From: a virus
DNA: 43,739 bases
Virus record (IMG/VR): IMGVR_UViG_3300033148_003279
Coordinates: 1-43,739 of that record
Direction: 5' to 3' (one strand)
Below are positions 16,355 through 26,001 of the stretch, in pieces. How positions within the stretch are numbered: the stretch's first letter is position 1; every line of letters starts with the position of its first letter. Under the pieces are notes generated by a model. The model made no database searches, was not told the origin of the DNA, and worked only from the letters and a program-made list of their open reading frames with translations. The position numbers and the translations under genes are program-made.

Positions 16355-19006
16355 TTAGCGATTCATCTCCTTATAGAACAGCTCGACTCGCTTCACACTT
16401 AGCACTCCTGCTGCCTGAGTTAGCCTGAATCTCGCCCTCCGCGTTACGATATTGTAGAATACTTTATGCATCTCATACGCATTCGGGTTGAGAGGAATCA
16501 CCTGCTCCCCTCGCCACGTCTCTCCCTCATCATCAGACCACTCGATGTGAATTGGATGCCCTTTTCCTGTAACCTCAATCCGCATTACACGAATATCCCT
16601 CTCCATGATGATGGGCGGGCTCTCCCATGATGCCTCATCCGTACCAGACCCTCCACTATTGACGCTCCACACATTCCCATCCAGATCTCCTAACAGCACC
16701 ATACTCTGCTGGTCAGATAGCCCTTCTACCCAATCAAATGGGGTACTGCTGCGCGCGATAGCGCTAGCCCTCTCCATCCAAGCCCTGCGAGGGAATGCAG
16801 CTCCAGCCACCGCCGCAGTAATATCATCCATCTCCCCTCGCGTCCACTGTCCGGTGCGATAATTGAAGAACCAAACTCTATTGAGCTCCCCTTCAGCATT
16901 GGGGGTAAACAGAACATAGAGATCATCTGGAGGGAATACAGCGGAAGTGCTGATCCGCATTAGCTCCGGTGGAGCATCCTCGAATAGTCTGGACTCAATC
17001 GACCCACTCACCCTATTTGGTGATCCACCTCCATACACATACACTCCGTCATTGCCCAACCAGATCAGCGCATCGCCTCTATCCGTAGGAATGGTACGCA
17101 ACGTGTGGGGTGCTCTGATGCCGACAGAAGTATTGAGAGGCCTTACATTGAAATAGTTCGGACTACCCACGTACGCACATACAGACATACGCTCCTCATG
17201 GAACAGCACCAGATTCATTCCCCATACTTCCGCCGCCAGCACCGGGTCCGCTGCCTCCAGTAGATCGACATAATTAGTATCAGTAAATGCATCAGCATCC
17301 CCAACATCTGACCATCGAAATCTGAATGGAAACGTGACTGACGTAGCCGCTCCAAACGTTGTAGCATTCCTCGTAATAGCACTCACTGCATCGCTAAGGG
17401 TCAACATTCCCTCTGACGGCTCTACAGATATCTCCGCCCATTCATCATCGCTTGCAGGATTCCAGTTGAGATAATCACCAGCAGATGTATTCTCCCACTC
17501 TCCATCCGCTGATCCAATCTCCTTCTCCCCGTACCATGAGCAGTCCCTATTCTCATCAACCTTATGATATGTCCTAGCCACCAGGGGACCCCCATTGATA
17601 GTAATCTCGCCGGCGAGATGAAGAGTCTGGTACGTAGCGTCAGTTACAACTCCCACCTCAGGTCCTGTAGACGCATCCCAAATGATGTAGTCCCCTACGG
17701 ATGGCTCTAACCAGTCATCAGAGTTGTTTGTAATAGTATGTCCATCCTCTCCTACGGTCACATCAGAGTTATGCTGTTGTACTGTCCCGACCCCGCATCT
17801 TTGACCCCAACCCTGAGGAATGGATCTTGTTCCCGAAGCAACATACACATAAAACCTATCAAACTTGCCACTTACGCCAGTAGCATAAGCATAAACCGTA
17901 CCCCAATCTATAGCAGCCTTCCCGTCATCAGTCTCAAAGAACACTCGATCACCATTCTTGACTCCTGGCCACCCGCCACCATCCTCATATTCATCGCCAA
18001 GATACGACCTTACCTCATACTTACCATGTCCTATATGATCAGTCCAGCAGTTCGTACGCCGTACAATAGTATGATAGAGTGTCGCATCTCTGCTAGCCTC
18101 CGCAGTCAGATCCGCATCGGTATAGATTACTTCTTTACCCCTCCCAATCACCTCAGCCCTCTCATTTAGCCCATCCGGGTCCCACCACACTATATCTCCT
18201 ACCTGCGTATCATCCCACCCTCCCTCCGCCGAAGTAATAGTAGTAGCAGTAGGAGCGGAGCAGTCATCATTCGAGTCCTTCATCGTATATGCTATCCCCA
18301 CCCCTGTCCGAATCGGATCGACCGGCTCCGTCAGAATGAGAGTGCTCCCATTGATTTCGGCCACCTCACGCCAATGTGCATAATCCCAACATACCCTCTC
18401 CCCTACTGAGGCATCTGTCCAATCGCCTGCAATAGTAGTCAGCCCCAATCCAGAGATGTCTACGTAACAGTCATCATTTGAATCAGTTTTCGCTGACACC
18501 ATCTCGTGCATCCCAAACAGCATCAAATATGATCCGAATACTCTGATGAACTCACAATAGTGCCCATCCTGATCCTCTGCATATCCATCATACCCTTCCA
18601 GCGTCCCCAACTCCGATGCTGATCCATCCCACGTCTTGATGCTGTCCATCCCATTGCATATGATGAGCATATCATTTAGTGTATCCATCGAGAACCGATC
18701 CACTCGATTCCCACTAAAGCATCCCTCCTCAACCAGCGTCCAACCATCCGCCGCATCATAGTAGTAAAGGGATCTCTTCGTAGCAGCCACCAAAACATGA
18801 GACCCATCAACTCGATGCCAATCGTATAGAAAGCACACTCTCCCATCCAGCTGTGATCCGAACGAACTCAGCACCGGCGCCCTCTTCAACTCTCCATCCT
18901 TGATGATCACGTTCCGGCAGTCTGGAGTCCTTCCTCCATATGCCGTTCGATAATCCAGTCCAGGCGGAGGAGGAATCACCAATGATGTCTCAATCGTCCT
19001 CCGCAT
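16355..19006 (-). CDS. tail nozzle / tail tubular protein B-like protein with five internal ~60-aa repeats
   Basis: Size and position are as for T7 gp12. ATG 19006 overlaps the upstream stop (TGATG) and has SD ggggagagg. The track start at 19033 is GTG. Confidence 0.5.
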   Translation of the reverse strand: MRRTIETSLVIPPPPGLDYRTAYGGRTPDCRNVIIKDGELKRAPVLSSFGSQLDGRVCFLYDWHRVDGSHVLVAATKRSLYYYDAADGWTLVEEGCFSGNRVDRFSMDTLNDMLIICNGMDSIKTWDGSASELGTLEGYDGYAEDQDGHYCEFIRVFGSYLMLFGMHEMVSAKTDSNDDCYVDISGLGLTTIAGDWTDASVGERVCWDYAHWREVAEINGSTLILTEPVDPIRTGVGIAYTMKDSNDDCSAPTATTITSAEGGWDDTQVGDIVWWDPDGLNERAEVIGRGKEVIYTDADLTAEASRDATLYHTIVRRTNCWTDHIGHGKYEVRSYLGDEYEDGGGWPGVKNGDRVFFETDDGKAAIDWGTVYAYATGVSGKFDRFYVYVASGTRSIPQGWGQRCGVGTVQQHNSDVTVGEDGHTITNNSDDWLEPSVGDYIIWDASTGPEVGVVTDATYQTLHLAGEITINGGPLVARTYHKVDENRDCSWYGEKEIGSADGEWENTSAGDYLNWNPASDDEWAEISVEPSEGMLTLSDAVSAITRNATTFGAATSVTFPFRFRWSDVGDADAFTDTNYVDLLEAADPVLAAEVWGMNLVLFHEERMSVCAYVGSPNYFNVRPLNTSVGIRAPHTLRTIPTDRGDALIWLGNDGVYVYGGGSPNRVSGSIESRLFEDAPPELMRISTSAVFPPDDLYVLFTPNAEGELNRVWFFNYRTGQWTRGEMDDITAAVAGAAFPRRAWMERASAIARSSTPFDWVEGLSDQQSMVLLGDLDGNVWSVNSGGSGTDEASWESPPIIMERDIRVMRIEVTGKGHPIHIEWSDDEGETWRGEQVIPLNPNAYEMHKVFYNIVTRRARFRLTQAAGVLSVKRVELFYKEMNR

Positions 19007-19770
19007 CAGCTGCCTCTCCCCATAACGCTCCACACCTTACTATACCTCTTCTCATCCCACACTCGCGCCTCCTTCACCGCCCTCGCTCCCTCCGCTGCGA
19101 ACACCGCCGCCTGATCAGGCTCCCCCACGCTCCTGAATCCTCTCGCCGTCACCAACGCAATCAGCGCATCATCCACCTTCTCAATCGTCGGTGAATCCTC
19201 ATCCCCATCCATCGCATCCTGATCCAAATAATAACAGGTGAAATCCCCATTGAGGGTCAGAGCCCAATGGGAGGAGTCCACGGAAGGCTGAGTTGAGCCG
19301 TCGCCTGGACCTGTATGATCCTCCTCGCACACATACTCCCGCCCATCCGTCGGGTCCTTCACTAAGTCCCCCTCCTCATATTCTGTCGAGTCAACCCAAT
19401 CATCTGGCGCAGCATTGCTTGGCTCAGGATGGAAGTAGATGGTAGACCCCTGGAGCCAGTAGTCAGTAGGATAGCCAGTACTCCTCGGATAAAGGAAGTG
19501 CTTCCTAGCGTAGTAGAAGGACCTGGCCGTTAGCCGCCCACTATTCCCCATTATCCCCAGCAACCCATAATTGGAGGGCTCTCTGACTGTGGGTGAATCC
19601 GCTGTGACTGTCAACACGCTACTGGTCAGCATCTGCCCAAATCTCCAATCCCTCTGGATGTCAGCCAGCGCTGATGCAAACCACGCATTCAGCAACCCAT
19701 CAGGCACTCTCGTATCCCCTCCGAGGTTGAACAGAACCTCTTCCTTCATCGATGCTCGATTTCTTGCCAT
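19006..19770 (-). CDS. head-tail adaptor / tail tubular protein A-like protein with a CBM5/12-like insertion
   Basis: Lies between the capsid genes and the nozzle. SD aaggggga. Confidence 0.4.
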   Translation of the reverse strand: MARNRASMKEEVLFNLGGDTRVPDGLLNAWFASALADIQRDWRFGQMLTSSVLTVTADSPTVREPSNYGLLGIMGNSGRLTARSFYYARKHFLYPRSTGYPTDYWLQGSTIYFHPEPSNAAPDDWVDSTEYEEGDLVKDPTDGREYVCEEDHTGPGDGSTQPSVDSSHWALTLNGDFTCYYLDQDAMDGDEDSPTIEKVDDALIALVTARGFRSVGEPDQAAVFAAEGARAVKEARVWDEKRYSKVWSVMGRGS

Positions 19771-19786
19771 CCATCATCCCCCTTAT

Positions 19787-19811
19787 GGGGAGGGGCAGGA
19801 AGCCCCTCCCC
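19787..19811 (-). terminator. GC hairpin ggggaggggc-aggaa-gcccctcccc (10-bp stem, no U tract)
   Basis: Direct reading. Lies between motif copy 4 and the SD of 19006..19770. Confidence 0.3.
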
Positions 19812-19813
19812 CA

Positions 19814-19838
19814 AGTTTTTTCAAAGTTTGAAAAAACT
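19814..19838 (-). promoter_or_regulatory. palindromic motif copy 4: AGTTTTTTCAAAGTTTGAAAAAACT (perfect palindrome)
   Basis: Lies between the stop at 19844 and the start at 19770, followed by GC hairpin 19787-19811. Confidence 0.8.
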
Positions 19839-19843
19839 CAAAC

Positions 19844-20731
19844 TCACTCAAAGCAGAGATACACCAACCCAATGGATCCGCTAGTAATAGCCTCAAGGCT
19901 TCGGGCGACCACGCAGGAATATGCTGCATCTTTGCCTAGCGAGTTGCTGTCAAGGTCCATCGTATCGAGACATCCTGCAGCATCCTCGGAGATCACCAGA
20001 GGCACCCCCTCAGCCGCGACCCCTGCCCCATTGATTTTCACGGGACATGGACCACGTGTCTGAATCCATCCATACGGATACTCACTGACATCCCAATCTC
20101 CAGTGACTACGACGCCCAACCCGAACTCAGCATCATCCGATGCATATGTCGGGTTCTGCGCCTGATCACAGAATCCCCACGGGTTCCTGTATATGGTCCC
20201 CGCTGAAGTCTGATCCAGAATGTGGCGAAGGCCTGGAGTGATCTGCAAGTCATACGCACCCACCGTACCAGCGGTGATCGCATCATGACTGACGATCTTA
20301 TAATAATCCCCTGCTCCATCTCCGCTGGCATTATCCGTATGAATGAGCAGATACCCATCTTCATACTCATTCTTCGTGATGGTCACAGTGACATCACAGA
20401 TAATGAGCCTCTCATCGCCTATCGCGCCACCGTGCCCCGACGCAGGAGCCGTACTCTTATCCTTCCCGAAGAAGGTCGCGCTGATGTCCGACTCATTCAG
20501 ACCCGTAACACCGGCTAGGGCATCCAACGACACTACGTCGCCAGCCACCAAGTCCGTCGTCCCGACGATCCTGACATACCTGAATCGTCGGCCATCCGCG
20601 AAATCGCAGATACATCCCAACGAGTTCCTCTTGGTCGCCGATGGATCATCCCACACACTCCCATTGATATGCGAGTGGAGGACATCATTCAACAGCATGT
20701 TACCAAAGTTCACAACATCCTCCTTTCTCAC
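19844..20731 (-). CDS. virion structural protein (295 aa), possibly capsid decoration or a minor capsid protein
   Basis: Translationally coupled to the capsid gene (ATGA overlap). Beta-rich. Confidence 0.35.
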   Translation of the reverse strand: MRKEDVVNFGNMLLNDVLHSHINGSVWDDPSATKRNSLGCICDFADGRRFRYVRIVGTTDLVAGDVVSLDALAGVTGLNESDISATFFGKDKSTAPASGHGGAIGDERLIICDVTVTITKNEYEDGYLLIHTDNASGDGAGDYYKIVSHDAITAGTVGAYDLQITPGLRHILDQTSAGTIYRNPWGFCDQAQNPTYASDDAEFGLGVVVTGDWDVSEYPYGWIQTRGPCPVKINGAGVAAEGVPLVISEDAAGCLDTMDLDSNSLGKDAAYSCVVARSLEAITSGSIGLVYLCFE

Positions 20732-21759
20732 ACAGTAACCGCATTATCCGGCAGCACCTGCAAGCGCCCATGCGCATTCCTCTTCCCTGTAACCAAGTTA
20801 CAGGTGCAGCTGATGGCCGTCTCGCGGTCCAGTGTTTGCTCAATGGCGTGCCACGGAATCATGGTGAACCAATACCCAGGATCATAAACAAGCTTGAGAT
20901 GCGATGGGTTGATGAAGAGAATGATTCCATACTCGTCACCCCCAGCCATCTCGTGAAGCCGGGATGCACCCATCACTACATCAGCGTTCCTAAATCTAAG
21001 GGAGGCGAACCCCGCGTCCGCCCAATCCTTATTGACGATCTGCTTGAACTCAAGGCACTCGTCCTCGTACGCTTCCCATGCTGGCTGGTCAGCGTACAGG
21101 AAGGTAGCGAACTCTCCTGACTCTACGTACACCTTATTATGTACGTATCGCATATCACGTCGAAGCCAGTCCGAACTCACTCCAGTCGCTGCCTTGTATG
21201 TGTTCCTCCACCAGCTATGGTCTGCTGCGTTGATGTTCCCAACTGTCCCGCTTTCGGGAGTGGCAGAAATCAGATTGTCAAGCCCGTTGATGTCGAGGCC
21301 ATTCGAGCCTGTTCCATCCCCATGCAACTGCCTCTCATACTCCTCAATGATGTCCTTCCGAAGGCGCTCCAGCTTCTTCTTGAGCATGTCATAGATTTTC
21401 GCCTGCCCTCGGTTGGTCCGCTCATCCGCCTGGTATCGCACCAGAGAGCCAGCTACGGTTCCCCACTGATAGTAGGCCGTAGTCATGATTTGGGGATCGG
21501 GACGGCTGAGTGTCCCGCCTCGGCCTATCGACTTGACCGATCCAATCCCTGCATACTCGAGGTCAATCTTAATGAAGTCGTCACCGACTTGCGTATCCAT
21601 CTGCCCTTTCTTCGTCATCCAAAACCAGAAGGGGTTCTTGCTCTCAGCGAACGTCTGGTCGATGTATCCAAGACGCTTCTTCCCCCATGTACTGGTATAG
21701 AGGTTGTCGAAGTATATGGTGGTAGCAGATGGAGCAGTGGTGACACCATGTGTAGCCAT
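20728..21759 (-). CDS. major capsid protein (HK97 fold)
   Basis: 343 aa, downstream of the scaffold gene. Typical patterns include GTGSNGLDINGLDNLIS...HSWWRN. SD gggaagga. Confidence 0.75.
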   Translation of the reverse strand: MATHGVTTAPSATTIYFDNLYTSTWGKKRLGYIDQTFAESKNPFWFWMTKKGQMDTQVGDDFIKIDLEYAGIGSVKSIGRGGTLSRPDPQIMTTAYYQWGTVAGSLVRYQADERTNRGQAKIYDMLKKKLERLRKDIIEEYERQLHGDGTGSNGLDINGLDNLISATPESGTVGNINAADHSWWRNTYKAATGVSSDWLRRDMRYVHNKVYVESGEFATFLYADQPAWEAYEDECLEFKQIVNKDWADAGFASLRFRNADVVMGASRLHEMAGGDEYGIILFINPSHLKLVYDPGYWFTMIPWHAIEQTLDRETAISCTCNLVTGKRNAHGRLQVLPDNAVTV

Positions 21760-21782
21760 ACTCTATCCTTCCCTTATCCAAG

Positions 21783-22535
21783 TCACGATGAAATAGGAGG
21801 CGGACCATAGGTCTTGAAGAACCTATCCACCTCATCCCAAATCTCCGAATCACGACCCACTGTCGGGGTCGAGGGTTTCTCCAGCGGCTCAATCCGCTCC
21901 AGCCCCTCCTCCATACCTGCAGGCATCATAGAGGGGATAGGAGGTGGAGGCGCCTCCTTCTGCTTGAGCCCAAGCACACGACATGCCTCCACAGCGGTCA
22001 TCCCAGGATACTTCTGAAGGGTGGCCTTCAGTTCGTCCTTGTGAAGACGCAAGTCGGCGAACTGTTCATTAGCTTCTGCGAGTTGCGAAGTCAACTCCAT
22101 TCGAGCGATCCGCCCTCTGAGGGCCTGCGTATCCTCCACAAGCGGCTTTGAGTGAGCCTCCAGAGCCCTACCTACGATGCTCTGAATGTATGTAGGGAGG
22201 CGCTCCGTTGCCATCTGATGATATGCATTGAGTGCTTCACCAACCGTCATACCCTCAAAGTTGATTCCCAAATCCGTCGCCTGCGCCGGAGATTGCTGTT
22301 GCTGCTGCGCTCGTACTGCCTCCAAAGCTGCTAGCACCTCAGGGTTCTCAAGAACCCCTCGCAGTTGTGCGTTCTCCGCCTCGGACTTCTCCAGCAATTG
22401 CTCCAAACTAAGTTCGCCACCATCGGCCGTCGTCGGATCGCCTTGCGAATCCGCCGCCGGACCGCCATCTGGAGCACTCTCACCAACATTTGGCGTTCCC
22501 GCTCCTGGCTGCGGGCCTACTGGTTCTTCAGCCAT
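21783..22535 (-). CDS. scaffolding protein (250 aa)
   Basis: Acidic, helical and Q/E/A-rich. Lies between portal and capsid. ATG 22535 (MAEEP) has SD gaggag 8 nt upstream. Confidence 0.55.
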   Translation of the reverse strand: MAEEPVGPQPGAGTPNVGESAPDGGPAADSQGDPTTADGGELSLEQLLEKSEAENAQLRGVLENPEVLAALEAVRAQQQQQSPAQATDLGINFEGMTVGEALNAYHQMATERLPTYIQSIVGRALEAHSKPLVEDTQALRGRIARMELTSQLAEANEQFADLRLHKDELKATLQKYPGMTAVEACRVLGLKQKEAPPPPIPSMMPAGMEEGLERIEPLEKPSTPTVGRDSEIWDEVDRFFKTYGPPPISS

Positions 22536-22890
22536 TTCGTCGTCTCCTCGGCCGCTCAGCGGCCACATTTTGATCAAACTTCTCCATCGCAGCCTCCCGC
22601 GCCATCAATTCCTCAAAGGTCCGTCTCCCGGATCGTCTCCGAAAGGCCTTCCCTATGGCATTCATAGCAACGGAGGTCCGATGACCATCAAACTTCCCCC
22701 AGAACGTTACGACAGGCGCTCCTCGCTCGAAGAAGTCAACGGTTATGGATCGAGTGCGCTTTCCTCTGTCCTTCGACCTCTTCTCGCGCGCAGCATCCTC
22801 CGCAGCGATCCGCTTCTCAACCATCTCATCTACACTCGTCGGCGAGGCCGACCCCGCCTCAGCACTATGTGCCGTCCCTTCACTCATCAT
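22528..22890 (-). CDS. hypothetical basic protein (120 aa)
   Basis: ORF track. SD-like aaaggtgg. Confidence 0.5.
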   Translation of the reverse strand: MMSEGTAHSAEAGSASPTSVDEMVEKRIAAEDAAREKRSKDRGKRTRSITVDFFERGAPVVTFWGKFDGHRTSVAMNAIGKAFRRRSGRRTFEELMAREAAMEKFDQNVAAERPRRRRNG

Positions 22891-22900
22891 CCACCACCTT

Positions 22901-23170
22901 TCACCATTCCAACAACTTAGAAGTCAAGTTCCTCTTATGACACTCCTCACGCAGTTGCCCACGCGACCTAATTTCTATTGGCTCAACATCAAGGTCCTCC
23001 CACAGTCCCTCATACTTGGAGAAATCCCATACAGCGGGCGCCTCGCCTTCCCAATCGAATGCCATTTCCCCTCCACACTCAGGGCACATCGGATACGGAT
23101 CATCCATCAATTTGAATTGGTCCACCATCCGATGTCCGCACTCCAAACATTTGATATCATACAGGGGCAT
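22901..23170 (-). CDS. zinc-ribbon protein (FmdB-like)
   Basis: CLECGH...CPECGG. Overlaps the portal stop by 14 nt. Confidence 0.55.
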   Translation of the reverse strand: MPLYDIKCLECGHRMVDQFKLMDDPYPMCPECGGEMAFDWEGEAPAVWDFSKYEGLWEDLDVEPIEIRSRGQLREECHKRNLTSKLLEW

Positions 23171-24827
23171 GCTGTCCTCCTACAGGAACCGGCTGCCCTG
23201 GCCCTCTCACAGGAATCGGCTGCTGGCCCACTGGACCCAACATCACTCCAGCCCTCGTTCCACTCGCTACATTGGGCATCAGGCTCATCAGATATTGAGT
23301 CATCTGAGGACCCAACACGGGCATGAGGTTCATCGCCTTCTGTTCCCTCTCCAACGGCGTCTCCGGCTCGTCACTCACGATCTCAGTAGTGATTCCATAA
23401 TCAATGTCTCGCATATCAGAGGCTCTGAAATATAGAAGGAAGCGCAGCGCATCCGGTCCCCCTCCTCCCACTTCTACCGCTTCCGCCTCTGTCCAGTATC
23501 TGGTGATTAGCCAATTCATCTTCCTAATGATTCGCTCAAATATCATAATCCCATCCCTCCGCTTCTCCAACGTCCTGCTCGCGGCTCCGCCCGCCACGAT
23601 CCCCGCTTCTGTCGCTGTCCGCCTCGTTGACCTATCATACTCGCCCATCTGGTTTCGCCCCTGTCCCGTAATCTCCCTCACATCCTGCCGAATCAGCTCG
23701 GCATAGTTGAACAGGCCTATAGGAATGTCTGCCAGAACCAGCTTCTCGATTGCATCCCTCGGTGCCCCCTTCACCTTCAAGACCATATCAAACACGTCTT
23801 CATCTGTCAAATCGCTCAGCTGCTCCTCATCGAACGTCCCCTCCTCCACCAAGAACCGAATGAGAATCATTCGACGCAGCCGCCTCATCGTGTGTCTCAC
23901 ACTATTCATCTCCAGCTGCTGATACCAAAACTGACCTACATCCCCTTGTGCCCAGAAGCACGTTGGGTCCTCATTCCACACCGTCGATTCAAACGGGTTC
24001 CACAATGTCCCATGTCTAAAGTTCAGCAGCCATTCATCGCTATCAAAAGACATCACTCTGACTGCTCCCTCCCTCAGATCATGGATTTCCCACAACTCCA
24101 CCAACTCCGTATTCACATCCCTGTCTGACAGTGGACCATTCATCCTGAATCCCCCTTCAAGGGACCCAGCAATGAGATTTGGCTTCAGTTTCCGAGCCAC
24201 CCTCGAATCATACGCAGGGTCCGCTCGCACGTCATCGATATGCCTAACAATTCTGTGGAATATGGCTCTCAAGTCATTGAATCGAGTGCTGCCCCACGGG
24301 ACATATACCATCTGCGCCGGAGTGTGGATGCACCAGGGGAGACCCTGACGAATGTTGACGTTGTATTCCGTTCGTGGTCCTCCTCCAGGTCCCGGATCCA
24401 GCCCTACCGGAGTGAACTCCCTATGTATCCCCATCTTCACAAACCCCCTCCCATAGAGGTATGTATCCTTGTGCGCGAGGCGCAACTCCCTACTGATTCC
24501 CAAAACCTGAATCAGCATATTGTCCACTGCCTCCAGCGCCTTGACGTGGAGGAATGCGTTAGGATCGCGCCTGGGGTAAAGATAGACACGAGGATGAGCA
24601 ACATTGATCGCGGGGCTCAACGCCTTCTCATTGGCAAACACCAAATTATATGTGATCTTGCTCCCAGGACGAGAGGACACCATCTGGTCCCCATGCAGCT
24701 CCTCCTCAAACCGATTGTTATATGCCTGACGATATATGTTCCACGAGCTCCCACCACTCTCGTCGCGGAACCTCTCCGCTGCCTTGATTCGCTCCTGCCA
24801 TCGCTGAATTTCATCCTTGGCCGCCAT
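23157..24827 (-). CDS. portal protein (556 aa)
   Basis: Size and position upstream of scaffold and capsid. SD ggggagg. Motif copy lies 14 nt upstream. Confidence 0.65.
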   Translation of the reverse strand: MAAKDEIQRWQERIKAAERFRDESGGSSWNIYRQAYNNRFEEELHGDQMVSSRPGSKITYNLVFANEKALSPAINVAHPRVYLYPRRDPNAFLHVKALEAVDNMLIQVLGISRELRLAHKDTYLYGRGFVKMGIHREFTPVGLDPGPGGGPRTEYNVNIRQGLPWCIHTPAQMVYVPWGSTRFNDLRAIFHRIVRHIDDVRADPAYDSRVARKLKPNLIAGSLEGGFRMNGPLSDRDVNTELVELWEIHDLREGAVRVMSFDSDEWLLNFRHGTLWNPFESTVWNEDPTCFWAQGDVGQFWYQQLEMNSVRHTMRRLRRMILIRFLVEEGTFDEEQLSDLTDEDVFDMVLKVKGAPRDAIEKLVLADIPIGLFNYAELIRQDVREITGQGRNQMGEYDRSTRRTATEAGIVAGGAASRTLEKRRDGIMIFERIIRKMNWLITRYWTEAEAVEVGGGGPDALRFLLYFRASDMRDIDYGITTEIVSDEPETPLEREQKAMNLMPVLGPQMTQYLMSLMPNVASGTRAGVMLGPVGQQPIPVRGPGQPVPVGGQHAPV

Positions 24828-24841
24828 CTGGCCTCCCCTGG

Positions 24842-24866
24842 AGTTTTTTCAAACTTTGAAGAAACT
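24842..24866 (-). promoter_or_regulatory. palindromic motif copy 5. Read in gene direction it is identical to copy 1.
   Basis: Overlaps the stop TGA of 24866..25183. Lies 14 nt before the portal ATG. Confidence 0.8.
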
Positions 24867-25183
24867 CAAACCAAGTCCGCAATAATATCCCACACTCCTA
24901 CATACACCGTATAAATGGCATCGCCCACCTCCGCCTTCAGCTCCGCATCGCCCCCGCTCACTGCCGTCGCGGTATCCTCAGCAGACAGCGCCATCATCAC
25001 GTACCCCTCATCCGCAAGCTTGCTTGCGTCGAACTTCGCATTCGCCACACTGAACACCTCTTCCCCATCCTGATCGTTGAGCCTGAATGAATAGCTCGCA
25101 TCCGCCAAGTCCCCCGCCTCGCCCTCCACCAACACGAATTTCACCTCAGGGATGTCGTCCTTACGTATCTGAATCCTATCCAT
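24866..25183 (-). CDS. hypothetical acidic protein (105 aa)
   Basis: ATG 25183 (MDRIQIRK) has SD ggagg 7 nt upstream. The track start at 25306 has none. Confidence 0.5.
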   Translation of the reverse strand: MDRIQIRKDDIPEVKFVLVEGEAGDLADASYSFRLNDQDGEEVFSVANAKFDASKLADEGYVMMALSAEDTATAVSGGDAELKAEVGDAIYTVYVGVWDIIADLV

Positions 25184-25247
25184 ATACCTACCTCCATCAC
25201 TCCCAACACTGAACTCCACACAGGCAGTCATCCGAATTCGCTTTACT

Positions 25248-25397
25248 TCAGCTCTGAACCTCATCCCCATCCTCCTCTTGATGCTGCTGCACGAACCTCG
25301 CAGCATCCGCAGGACTGTCCTCTATCCGCTCCACCTCCCAATCGCCCCCCTCCACCTCCCTCACCACCACTCTACCTACAGCCGCAAGCCGCATCAT
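25248..25397 (-). CDS. possible small acidic protein (49 aa)
   Basis: Below the track cutoff. The ATG overlaps the upstream stop (ATGA). Confidence 0.3.
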   Translation of the reverse strand: MMRLAAVGRVVVREVEGGDWEVERIEDSPADAARFVQQHQEEDGDEVQS

Positions 25398-25552
25398 GAT
25401 CCCCCTTTCTTGCGAGCCCGAGCCTGACTATAGCATACCGCCAGCCTTTGCTTCTGATTTGGGAACTCCGCCTCCATCACCGTGCTCCTCATGCAGCGCT
25501 TGATGAACTCCTTCGTCGTCTCATCTTTCCTTTTAGTTGGTAGCGGCACCAC
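25394..25552 (-). CDS. small protein (52 aa) with the motif KEFIKRCM...EFPNQKQRLAVCYSQA
   Basis: Below the track cutoff. GTG start directly after the upstream TGA. From memory the motif resembles a widespread phage small-protein motif; this is unverified. Confidence 0.4.
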   Translation of the reverse strand: MVPLPTKRKDETTKEFIKRCMRSTVMEAEFPNQKQRLAVCYSQARARKKGGS

Positions 25553-25741
25553 TCATCCCCTTTTTCTAATCTTGCTGAGCGTCTTCGCAAGGTTGGCCTG
25601 CCTCTTCGTCCTGGTGCTCGCCTTACTGCCTGGCTTCGTTACCTTCTTCGCATAGGCCGACGTGCTCATCCCGGCCCTTTTCGCTTTTGCCTTGAATGCG
25701 CCAGGACGCTTGATTGCCCCCTTGATCCACTTCTTCGCCAT
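25553..25741 (-). CDS. small lysine-rich protein (MAKKWIKGAIKRPGAF...)
   Basis: SD gaggagg lies before ATGATG. The track start at 25756 overlaps the SD. Confidence 0.55.
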   Translation of the reverse strand: MAKKWIKGAIKRPGAFKAKAKRAGMSTSAYAKKVTKPGSKASTRTKRQANLAKTLSKIRKRG

Positions 25742-25815
25742 CATCGTCCTCCTCATTCAGTCGCTCGGTCGCACTCCCATCCGCAAGCAATCCTGGCGAC
25801 CGAGCGACCTTCGAA

Positions 25816-25998
25816 TCATCCTTGCCGGCCCTTACCGCCGCCTCGGCCGCCGCCACGACCGTGGCCTGGGCCGCCGCGCGAGCAGGCCCCTATGTTCCTC
25901 CCGGATCGCCGTCCGCCAGCCATGCCGCGTCCGCCGCCCCTACCATCTCTGGGTCTCGCTTGTCCTCTCGGATTCGTCATCTTTTTTCTCCTCGTCAT
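25816..25998 (-). CDS. Arg/Gly-rich (RGG-type) small basic protein (60 aa)
   Basis: ORF track. It starts 3 nt after the upstream stop and is the only same-strand ORF filling the 245-nt gap. Confidence 0.4.
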   Translation of the reverse strand: MTRRKKMTNPRGQARPRDGRGGGRGMAGGRRSGRNIGACSRGGPGHGRGGGRGGGKGRQG

Positions 25999-26001
25999 CC
26001 T

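Noticed and set aside
25394-25756. Two conserved-looking small ORFs (67 aa and 52 aa) are in the same frame, separated only by a single TGA. Possible programmed read-through or TGA recoding.
   Set aside because: TGA clearly terminates many other genes here. A GTG start with an AAGGGGA SD lies directly after the stop, so ordinary termination-reinitiation is sufficient.
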